13,623 nucleotides of DNA from a bacterium (GTDB taxonomy: Bacteria; Hinthialibacterota; Hinthialibacteria; Hinthialibacterales; Hinthialibacteraceae). Shown here one piece after another: positions 6,331 to 13,623 of this stretch (within the stretch, counting starts at the first letter, position 1; each line of letters begins with the position of its first letter). The position numbers and the translations under genes are program-made. The stretch is from the NCBI GenBank assembly GCA_041946805.1, contig JBHGBC010000162.1, positions 1 through 13,623 of the forward strand. Reading direction: 5' to 3'. The notes beneath the pieces are model-generated. The model ran no database searches. It was not told the origin of the DNA and saw only the letters and a program-made list of their open reading frames with translations.

Positions 6331-8664
6331 CTATTTCCGTGAAAGCCAGGCCTGGGTCAATCCACTCAAGCCCACCAATCCGCCCAACAAGAACAACGTA
6401 TTCACCAGACCGGCCATGGGCGCCAGCATCACACCCGTCAGCAACGCGCCCACCGCTCCCCCGGCGCAATCCCCGGCGTCGGCCCAGCCCGCGGCGGATA
6501 CGAGATCCAGACCCGCGCGCCGCGCCTCCCCGGACACCAGCGTAAAGATCACTCCCGTAATCCCGGCGAGGACCGCCAGCCATCCCAACAGCAGGCCTTC
6601 CACCAGTGGGAGTGGAATACCCGGGAAACGGGTCAGCGCAAGCCAAGCCGGAGTCAGCACGAGCAGTCCGGCAAACTGCAAAGCCGCTCCGGGCATGCGC
6701 ATCCGGCCGGCCTCCGTCCCCCGCGGCCCCCGGCGAAGGATCCACGCCGCACCGGCCGCCAGCCCCGCCATGTAAACACCAAAAAACAATCCGGCATGCA
6801 CGTACAGATAACCCACGCGGCTCTGGAAATACAAAAGCACGCACAATTCCGCTCCCATCGAGGCGAGGCCGGCCACGAAGAGCACCAACAACGCGGGAAA
6901 CGCCGCCCGGCCACCCCGCGGCAGACCCAGCCGCAACAGCACGAAACCGGCCGCGTACATCCCAAACATGATCAACACGCAAAATCCCGCCAGGGGAATC
7001 CCGGTGTGGATCACCCTGGCGACCGGCAACCATTTGAAATAGCCATGTTGTTTAGACCACGCGATCAGATTGTAAAGATAACACAAAGGCCAACCGTCCC
7101 GGTTTCTGGGCAGATCCCGGTAAGCTTCCATGGCCTCCACCGCCCGTTGAATCCGATCCGGCTCGTAATAGGAATAATAAATCTCCGGAGGGAACGAAGG
7201 CGTGGAGGCCTTCCGCCCCTGGAAGGCTTGGACGATCGTGTCCGGATCGGATACCAGGCGGCGCGCGGGACTGGCGAAAAACCACCAGGTGGTTCCCGGA
7301 ACCACCAGCACTTCGGCGAACACCTCCCGGAGCGTCCAATACAGTGTTCCACAATACACACCGGTATCCCCGCGCTCGTAATTCGGGGTTCCCGGCGCGG
7401 TGATGACCAGGACCCCGTCATCCGGCATGCACCGCCGCGCTTGTTCGAAAAATTCCTGCGTGTAAAAACGGTTGATCAGCCCATTCAGGGGATCCGGCTG
7501 GTTCACGGCGATCAAATCATATTGCGGGGCATCCCGGGTGGAGTTCCAAAAACGGCGCGCATCCTCCAGAATGAATTCCGGCTGAGGTGCGTTTTCCACC
7601 GGCTCCTCCGTTGGCGCGGCCGCACGGACAATCGCGGGGAGATCCGCGCTGATCTCCAGCACGTGAAACGTCTCGGGAAGCTGTTGGCTGAAAATCCGGT
7701 ACAAGTCTGGTCCGCCGCCCCCCACCAACAGAATCCGCCGCGCGCGGGGATGTTGCGATACGCACATGGCTCCCCAATAGGTCATGCCGTATTCATCGGG
7801 AAACGAAAACAACGGACTGCCATTGCCGAACAGGGTGTATTGCTCCTCGCGCAGGCCGATTTCCAGCCGCTGGTACGGCGTTTCCTTCGCCTGGATCAGC
7901 TCATATCCCGGATGCCGGGCCTGCCAGCGGGATGCGGCGCTCCAGCGGTCCAGCGCTTCCGGCCACCGGGCGAACCAGCCGGCGATCAACACCAGCAATA
8001 TCCCCAACGTGACGCACGCCTGCCGGATCCGGGGATCGGCCAGGGAAATGATCGTCACGGCCAGAATCGAACCCGCCATCCACGCGATTTCCGGCGGCGT
8101 CCATCGGGGAATCACCCCCGTCGTCAGCAGCAGGCCCGCCCCCACACTGCCCAGGGATTCCCACAAAAACACCCGGCCGGCCATTAAGGCCTCGGACTCT
8201 TCGGGATTCGCCGGAAAACCGCCGCGCGAATGCTTCAGAGCCACGGCCAGGAGGGGAAACATAAATCCGGTAAACAGTCCCGGGGGAAAGACCACAATCC
8301 CGGAAAGGAGCCCAATTTGAAGAGGGGATGGATTTTCCTCCACCGGCAGTGACAACAGCCCCGGGGACAAACGGGCCAGAGTTGAGCACATCAACATCAG
8401 CATGGGAAATCCAAACAACGCGAGCGGGAGAGAATGAGCGGCGTCCCGTTCCGCTGGACGCCATTGGGGCAGCAAGGCGCCCGCCGCGATGCCCGACAGC
8501 CACCAGGCCAGCAGCAGCGCCAGCGCCAGCTCGTTCCCTTGCAGGATCACCATCAGTTCCCGGAACAGGATCACCTGGGTCAAGGTGGCCAGGCAACCGG
8601 CCGCCGCCGCGGAGAACAGGACAAGCCGCATGGAAAAGGGATAGGGGAATGGATCCGAAACCAT
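6331..8664 (-). CDS. Membrane-fused spermidine synthase-like / class I SAM-dependent transferase
   Basis: N-terminal TM block ('QVILFRELMVILQGNE', 'GLFTGFMFPL', 'ESLGSVGAG'). Central SpeE-like domain ('ETPYQRL', 'HPRARRILLVGGG', 'LEIS', 'EDARRF', 'YDLIAVNQPDP', 'NRFYTQEFF', 'DGVL', 'NRD'). C-terminal TM block ('LLYFQSRVGYLY', 'GLAAGA', 'DCAGGAVGAL'). Alternative ATG at 8631. Confidence 0.85.
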   Translation of the reverse strand: MVSDPFPYPFSMRLVLFSAAAAGCLATLTQVILFRELMVILQGNELALALLLAWWLSGIAAGALLPQWRPAERDAAHSLPLALFGFPMLMLMCSTLARLSPGLLSLPVEENPSPLQIGLLSGIVVFPPGLFTGFMFPLLAVALKHSRGGFPANPEESEALMAGRVFLWESLGSVGAGLLLTTGVIPRWTPPEIAWMAGSILAVTIISLADPRIRQACVTLGILLVLIAGWFARWPEALDRWSAASRWQARHPGYELIQAKETPYQRLEIGLREEQYTLFGNGSPLFSFPDEYGMTYWGAMCVSQHPRARRILLVGGGGPDLYRIFSQQLPETFHVLEISADLPAIVRAAAPTEEPVENAPQPEFILEDARRFWNSTRDAPQYDLIAVNQPDPLNGLINRFYTQEFFEQARRCMPDDGVLVITAPGTPNYERGDTGVYCGTLYWTLREVFAEVLVVPGTTWWFFASPARRLVSDPDTIVQAFQGRKASTPSFPPEIYYSYYEPDRIQRAVEAMEAYRDLPRNRDGWPLCYLYNLIAWSKQHGYFKWLPVARVIHTGIPLAGFCVLIMFGMYAAGFVLLRLGLPRGGRAAFPALLVLFVAGLASMGAELCVLLYFQSRVGYLYVHAGLFFGVYMAGLAAGAAWILRRGPRGTEAGRMRMPGAALQFAGLLVLTPAWLALTRFPGIPLPLVEGLLLGWLAVLAGITGVIFTLVSGEARRAGLDLVSAAGWADAGDCAGGAVGALLTGVMLAPMAGLVNTLFLLGGLVGLSGLTQAWLSRK

Positions 8665-8670
8665 CTTGAT

Positions 8671-10107
8671 TTATCTATCGGATTTCACATTGGATTCTTC
8701 GATCCGCCTCACACCCCAGGTCCGCGCTCCGGGACCGCTGGTATCGAAAAGCGAGATCTTGATCCCATGCCGGGCGGCGTACTCCCGGGCGATCCGCCTG
8801 GCGGTCCGTAAGCCTTGGACGCCGGAACAGAGCACACACACCGTGCCCCCGCTGCCGCCCCCCGTGATCTTGGCGCCATGTACGCCTTCTCCGGGACCGG
8901 CCAAGCGCGCCATCTCCACCAGTTCGTCCGTGTACTCGTTCCCCAGGCCGCACGCCGAATAACTGGCGTGGGATTGGTACATCAATTCGCCCATGGCGTC
9001 CAAGGTTGTCTGCCGCTCGCGCGGACCCGCTTTTTCCCCGCCCAAGGACTGGAGCAGCCGGCCGAACAGGCACACGCGGAAATGCTCATGGACCGGATGC
9101 GTAGCACAAGCCCGCGGCCGGTAGACCTGCCCGGGATCGACCGCGGTCACCGGATCGATGATGTCTCCGTGGATTTTCAGAAACTCGTCACCCCGGATTT
9201 CTTCGGGAATGCGGTCCCGGTATCGAATCTCGAATACGGAAGGCGGAATGTTGGCCAGATAACCGTGGTAAGGCAGGGAGGACCGATCGCCCTTCTTCCG
9301 GGCCGCGCGCAATAACGCGGGGGATGCGCCCTCGAGGCGGGCGGCGATCGTATAGCCCATGAACGCCGCGGTGCGGACATCCCGGTACGAAGATCCGCTC
9401 ACCGCGTGGCGCACGCCGCTGTCGATGCCCACGAAGCGGACGAAATCCGGAATCACGGCCGGCGCGAAGACCTGGTCCGGCTGGCATAAAATGGGCAGCA
9501 GGCGGTTCTCCCGCCCCAGGTAGGAGGCCAGTTGATCCATCAGCCCGCAGGGCGCGCCCACCACGTGATTTTCCACTTTCTGCGCCAGGGTGGGCAATTC
9601 CACGTTTCCCAGGGTGACGCCGGCGGCCTTGGCCAGGGCCGCCATCACCGCCACTTCGATCGCCGCCGAGGACGAGACCCCCTTGCCGATGGGCACATCG
9701 GACTGAATCCAGACATCCGCTCCCGGCATCGGGATGCTCTTCTCTTTCCCCAGGACCAGAAAACAACCCACGGCGTACGCGGCCCAATTCCCGCCGGGCA
9801 GCCGGGCCAGAAGCCGGCCGGCCTTGGCGTAATCGATGTCTCCCCGGGATTTGAACTCGTCCAACGGTACGCAAACGTTCCCATTCAGGCCGATCACCGC
9901 CGCCGCTTCACTATGGACCCGCACGCGCCGGTCTTCCCGCAAACTCAACCAGACATGGGTCCGTTCCCCAATCGGCATTTGCAGCACCAGCGATCCCGAG
10001 TAATCGGCGATCCCACCCATCACGTCCAGGCGGCCGGGCGCGGAGGCGTGATAAATCGCACGGCCCGCCGCAAAGAATGATCTCCGCTTCTCCTCATCCC
10101 GCTTCAT
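8671..10107 (-). CDS. GHMP-family anomeric sugar kinase, L-arabinokinase/galactokinase-like
   Basis: GHMP motif 1 'APGRLDVMGGIADYSGSLVLQMPI', ATP loop 'PIGKGVSSSAA', 'ENHVVGAPCGLMDQ', and motif 3 'GAKITGGGSGG'. Confidence 0.9.
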   Translation of the reverse strand: MKRDEEKRRSFFAAGRAIYHASAPGRLDVMGGIADYSGSLVLQMPIGERTHVWLSLREDRRVRVHSEAAAVIGLNGNVCVPLDEFKSRGDIDYAKAGRLLARLPGGNWAAYAVGCFLVLGKEKSIPMPGADVWIQSDVPIGKGVSSSAAIEVAVMAALAKAAGVTLGNVELPTLAQKVENHVVGAPCGLMDQLASYLGRENRLLPILCQPDQVFAPAVIPDFVRFVGIDSGVRHAVSGSSYRDVRTAAFMGYTIAARLEGASPALLRAARKKGDRSSLPYHGYLANIPPSVFEIRYRDRIPEEIRGDEFLKIHGDIIDPVTAVDPGQVYRPRACATHPVHEHFRVCLFGRLLQSLGGEKAGPRERQTTLDAMGELMYQSHASYSACGLGNEYTDELVEMARLAGPGEGVHGAKITGGGSGGTVCVLCSGVQGLRTARRIAREYAARHGIKISLFDTSGPGARTWGVRRIEESNVKSDR

Positions 10108-10125
10108 AACCGTATTCCAATCGTT

Positions 10126-11142
10126 TCACGCTTCGATCAAACGGTGCTTCTGCAAGAGTCGCAACAAAACCGGCTCCACTTCCGCCCGGATGGACGAATT
10201 GGCGTAAGCGATCCAGTCCACCGGGCTGGTGGTGTCCATCGGGGCGTTGAAGGGCCCGCCGTCGCTGCCCGTGATGCGGACGCCCGATTCGGTTCCGATG
10301 AGGTGCGCGCAACAGTCGTAGGGATGGCACGCCAGGCCCACGCGCCGCCCCTCCGCCTCCAACCGCCGGTATAGGCCGGCGCGCAAATCGGCGACGAACC
10401 GGTCATGCCCCACCAGGATCTCATACAATTGCCCGCCGGTGGAGATGTATTGATCCTGAAAGAGTATCGCCCGCCCCGTGGGCGCGTCTGGAAACAAGGT
10501 CTGGATCATTTCCTCCTCGATTTGCGCCAGGATCTCCCGGCCGGGCGGAAAGAACTGGCTGATCTGCGCGAATCCCCCCAGGATGGTGCGGGATTGCGAG
10601 GGCCGGATCAGTTGTTGCGCCACCCGGCCAGACTGCAAGTCCCGGGTCAATCGGTGAGCCCCCTGCCCTTTGATGGCCCACAGCGTGTCGCTGAGGTGGC
10701 TGCGCGAAGTGGGCAATTCCACCATCACCGCGATCGTGATGTCCTGCAACGTAGGCGATTCGCCCCGGTTGGGAGCCACGCCCGCCAGAAAAAACGCGGA
10801 ACGCTTGTCATACATGATCCCCCGCGTTCCGTCGATGGGATCCATGAGGATCCGGTACGCCGCCTGCGATTCCTGCAGACCGCGGGGCAGCACCCGTGCG
10901 CCATGATCCTCCAATCCCTCGGCGATGAGCACCACGCCCCCCAGCTCCCGCGCCTTCTCCTCCACCAGCGGCAGGATGACCGCTTCCACGTCCCGGTCGA
11001 TCTGGTATATGGTGTCGTCGCTGGTTTCGGAATGCACCGCCGAGCGCTCCTCCATGCTCCGCACCAATAACGACTGGCGCACATGCTGGCACACCCGCAG
11101 GCCCACTTCACACAAGCAATCCTTGATCGCGTAGGAATGCAT
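10126..11142 (-). CDS. Inositol monophosphatase / FBPase (FIG) superfamily phosphatase
   Basis: Signature DPIDGT, plus 'IDRDVE', 'IAEG', 'WAIKGQGA' and 'HPYD' at the usual WD position. The start is taken as ATG 11142, 4 nt after the galT stop and giving 338 aa. The extension to 11445 overlaps galT in another frame. Confidence 0.85.
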   Translation of the reverse strand: MHSYAIKDCLCEVGLRVCQHVRQSLLVRSMEERSAVHSETSDDTIYQIDRDVEAVILPLVEEKARELGGVVLIAEGLEDHGARVLPRGLQESQAAYRILMDPIDGTRGIMYDKRSAFFLAGVAPNRGESPTLQDITIAVMVELPTSRSHLSDTLWAIKGQGAHRLTRDLQSGRVAQQLIRPSQSRTILGGFAQISQFFPPGREILAQIEEEMIQTLFPDAPTGRAILFQDQYISTGGQLYEILVGHDRFVADLRAGLYRRLEAEGRRVGLACHPYDCCAHLIGTESGVRITGSDGGPFNAPMDTTSPVDWIAYANSSIRAEVEPVLLRLLQKHRLIEA

Positions 11143-11146
11143 CGCC

Positions 11147-12232
11147 TCAGTCCACTTCCACGTAGTGAGATAGATCCACCCGGCGCAACTCCCCGGCCTT
11201 CTCTTCCGGCATGGTGTCCGCCATGAAATTGCCTCCCCCGATTTCCGGACCCGCCAGAAATTTTTGGAGGCCCGGCTGCCGCAACGGAGGCTGCAGCATG
11301 AGATGGAGATGGAAATCCCGGTAATCGCCGCCGTCCACGGGGGCTTGCAAGAGGGACAAAACGTACGGAAACCGCATCCCGAACAGGCCGTCGTAGCGCC
11401 GGATGGTCTGCTGAAACGCTTCGGCCAGCGCTCCCAGTTCCTCATCGCTCATCGTGATCAGATTGGCGTGGCGGCGTTTCGGGAAAACATGGACTTCGTA
11501 GGCGTACCGGGCGAAGAATGGCACGAAGGCCACCGCTCCCCCGTTTTCCGCCACGATCCGGCACCCGGCTTCCCGTTCCGCCTGCAGAATCTCCTCGAAC
11601 AGGTTCCGTCCCGTCTCTTTTTTATGTTCCGCCACGGAGTGCAGTTCCTGCTCCACCAGCCGAAAGGTGAAATTCGTGGCGTAGATCTGGCAATGGGGAT
11701 GCGGATTCGAAACTCCCACGATCTCGCCCTTGTTCTCGAAGATCAAAACGAATTGCACCCCCGGCACGCGGGCCAGTTCCCTCACCTGCTCCCGCCAGGC
11801 GTGAAACACCGGAATCACTTTGCGCAAGGGCATCTCCGACAGCGTCACATTGTGCCGGGGATCGTAACACACCACCCGCGCGATCCCCTCGGCCGTGCGG
11901 CGGCGGTACACACCGGATTCGGACGCCGCGGAGGTGACATCCGGGGCGTTCAAGCCCACGACCGGATGGTCGTTGTCGAAGATGAAGACATCCCGGTACT
12001 CCGGATTGCGGTGCCCGTGCACGCGGATATTGCCGGGACAGAGGTAGCATTGGGGATCGTACGCGGGGGCTTCCGGAGGTTTCTGGACCGACACGCCGCT
12101 CCAGGGCCGGGTGTTGCGATGGGCCGCGTACACGATCCACTCCCGCCACAGCGGATGCCACCGCTGTTCCCAGCGTCCTTCTAAAGTACATTTTCGCAAG
12201 GGCTTGACACCGTTCTTCATTTTTAAATCCAC
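11147..12232 (-). CDS. galT: Galactose-1-phosphate uridylyltransferase (GalT-type hexose/pentose-1-P nucleotidyltransferase)
   Basis: 'R.HPL..EWI...AHR..RPW.G', Zn motif 'CYLCPGN', 'FDND', catalytic 'FENKG..VGVSNPHPHCQI', 'VPFFARYAYEV', 'KFLAGPE', 'PEEKA'. Start is GTG 12232 or ATG 12220. Sugar specificity is not established. Confidence 0.88.
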   Translation of the reverse strand: MDLKMKNGVKPLRKCTLEGRWEQRWHPLWREWIVYAAHRNTRPWSGVSVQKPPEAPAYDPQCYLCPGNIRVHGHRNPEYRDVFIFDNDHPVVGLNAPDVTSAASESGVYRRRTAEGIARVVCYDPRHNVTLSEMPLRKVIPVFHAWREQVRELARVPGVQFVLIFENKGEIVGVSNPHPHCQIYATNFTFRLVEQELHSVAEHKKETGRNLFEEILQAEREAGCRIVAENGGAVAFVPFFARYAYEVHVFPKRRHANLITMSDEELGALAEAFQQTIRRYDGLFGMRFPYVLSLLQAPVDGGDYRDFHLHLMLQPPLRQPGLQKFLAGPEIGGGNFMADTMPEEKAGELRRVDLSHYVEVD

Positions 12233-12286
12233 CCATCCCCTATTTCACCCGGCATCCCATGAACAACATACCGGATCAATCTAATC

Positions 12287-12328
12287 AATATAATAAACAT
12301 GGGAGAGAGCGTTTCAGCCCCCTCCCAT
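12287..12328 (-). terminator. Intrinsic terminator after the DUF1080 gene
   Basis: Minus strand reads AUGGGAGGGGGC-UGAAAC-GCUCUCUCCCAU-GUUUAUUAUAUU: a 12-bp stem whose two G-U pairs work only on this strand, followed by a U-rich tail. Confidence 0.6.
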
Positions 12329-12383
12329 TTCCCTCTCCTTCCGCGAAGAAACACCCGGACCGGTGAACCGGCTTTGGACAAGG

Positions 12384-13397
12384 TTATTTGACCACCGGCG
12401 TCAGCACGATGTTCCGGTAAATGATCGGGCCATGATCTCCCTGCAGATAGATCGGGCCGGGGCGGAGCTGATCGGACCACAACGCGCCGCCGGTGCAGCC
12501 CAGCAGCGGCTGGTTGTCGATGATCGTTACGCCGTTCAAGATCACCGTGACATGGCGGTCCACCAGGGTGATATCGAAGGTTTGCCATTCGCCGGCCGGT
12601 TTTTCGGCGCTTACGGACGGCATGATCCGGCTGTAGATCGCTCCCATGTTGTGCGAATCCAGCGGCTTTTGGTACGAATCCATGACCTGGACCTCATATA
12701 TTCCCCGCAGGTAGATGCCGCTGTTCTCGCCCGGCGGAACGTTCACCTCGATCTTCAGGTTGAAATCCTCGAACTCCCTCACCGTGCGCAGGTTGCCATA
12801 GGAAATATGGTCGTATCCCGGGATCTGCGTCGGGCGGTTCACCAGGGTCCCGTTGATCACGCTCCAGCCACTGACCTGGTTCGGATCGGTCAGCACCCAC
12901 CCATCCAGGTTCTGGCCGTTGAACAGTTTGACTGGTTCTCCGAATTTCACCTTTGACAGGTCCGGCTTGGCGGGCAGATCCGGGATACGCTTGCCCGTGA
13001 ATTCCTCCTCCTTCACGCCCTGGCCGTTCCGGTTCGGTCTGTAGAGCGTCAGGTTCATCGTATCGCCGGATACCTGGGCCACGATGGTGTCCGTGAACAT
13101 CTGCGTGGCGATCACTTTGCCTTTTTCATCCCGGCGTTGGACGGGCTCGGTCCGGTTGACGAAGAGCGAGTCGTTCCACACGAACACGCTGGAGACGGGG
13201 ACCACACTGCCGCCGCCCCACAAAAGGCTGGCGTCCAGATACCCCGGTTCCTGCGTCACGCCCAGCCAGCCCGCGCCGCCGCCCGGAATCGTCAACGCCC
13301 AGCGGCCCACGAAGGGATTCTCCGCGGCCTCCGCGGCCGCCACGCCGGCGAGCGCCAACGCCGCGGCCATATAAACCAGACCTCTTGTTTTGATCAT
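12384..13397 (-). CDS. Secreted DUF1080 (3-keto-glycoside processing, GH16-like beta-jelly-roll) protein with an extra N-terminal domain
   Basis: RBS GGAGG and an Ala-rich Sec signal. Motifs 'LFNGQNLDGW', 'W.V.NG.L', 'LRT.REF.DF.L.IE', 'NSGIYLRG.YEVQV.DS', 'GAIYS', 'GEWQTFDI', 'V.LNG' and 'GPIYLQGDHG.I.YRNI'. Confidence 0.9.
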   Translation of the reverse strand: MIKTRGLVYMAAALALAGVAAAEAAENPFVGRWALTIPGGGAGWLGVTQEPGYLDASLLWGGGSVVPVSSVFVWNDSLFVNRTEPVQRRDEKGKVIATQMFTDTIVAQVSGDTMNLTLYRPNRNGQGVKEEEFTGKRIPDLPAKPDLSKVKFGEPVKLFNGQNLDGWVLTDPNQVSGWSVINGTLVNRPTQIPGYDHISYGNLRTVREFEDFNLKIEVNVPPGENSGIYLRGIYEVQVMDSYQKPLDSHNMGAIYSRIMPSVSAEKPAGEWQTFDITLVDRHVTVILNGVTIIDNQPLLGCTGGALWSDQLRPGPIYLQGDHGPIIYRNIVLTPVVK

Positions 13398-13588
13398 GGA
13401 TTCTGACCTCCCTAGCCATGGATTCGAAAGATGGAACCAGTATGGAAGATACTTCCCCCGGTATCAAGCCATGGTAGGTTCTGATGAGTTTCCCAGCGTA
13501 GCCGAAAAATACCCAAATGGATCCGTTCATTGCTCGTGTGGAGAGTCCCTATGGCGCCCTTTCCGGGCTTCCCTCACCCTAACCCTTG

Positions 13589-13623
13589 TATGATAAGAAA
13601 AGGCTCCTTTTAGGAGAAAAACC
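13589..13623 (+). promoter_or_regulatory. Possible -10 element and RBS of a plus-strand gene starting just beyond the window
   Basis: TATGAT at 13589-13594 and AGGAG at 13612-13616, 7 nt before the window end. No start codon is visible. Confidence 0.4.

Noticed and set aside
6233..7033. N-terminal 267 aa of the 401-aa ORF 5828..7033
   Set aside because: It overlaps the SpeE-like gene in another frame and is Gly/Arg-rich noise. Only the part from ATG 6232 looks like a protein.
6796..8187. 463-aa plus-strand ORF and other long antisense ORFs (4377..5051, 10405..11070, 11264..12184)
   Set aside because: These are antisense shadows of real genes, expected in GC-rich DNA, and have no recognisable motifs.
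8671..10107. Naming the kinase galK
   Set aside because: The galactokinase GEHTDY signature is replaced by GGIADY, so the specificity is uncertain.
11143..11445. N-terminal extension of the IMPase-like ORF
   Set aside because: It is an alternative frame inside galT. ATG 11142 directly after the galT stop is a better start.
1..13623. CRISPR array, transposase, integrase, phage genes, rRNA
   Set aside because: By eye I found no regularly spaced direct repeats and no such protein or RNA motifs.

Overview
This GC-rich bacterial window holds ten protein-coding genes plus the start of an eleventh at the left edge. On the left, a minus-strand TolC-family outer-membrane channel is coupled (TGATG overlap) to a lipoprotein, probably an efflux adaptor, that runs off the window. 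Divergently on the plus strand are a stand-alone BlaI/MecI/CopY-type repressor, a small secreted protein with one CxxCH motif and a temptin-like Ca-binding region, and a Tat-exported L-fucose/L-arabinose-isomerase-like protein. The right half is a minus-strand cluster: a secreted DUF1080 protein, then GalT-like uridylyltransferase, inositol-monophosphatase-family protein, a GHMP kinase resembling the plant L-arabinokinase domain, a membrane-fused spermidine-synthase-like protein with altered catalytic motifs, and a small 4-TM protein. The best candidate for novelty is a ~205-nt non-coding element at ~5488-5695, between convergent genes. It has its own sigma70-type promoter, a nested multi-helix fold and an intrinsic terminator, and matches no RNA family I recognise. 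The second candidate is a possible bacterial L-arabinose (or other monosaccharide) salvage route to a nucleotide sugar. All homology calls are from motif recognition and memory, not database searches.
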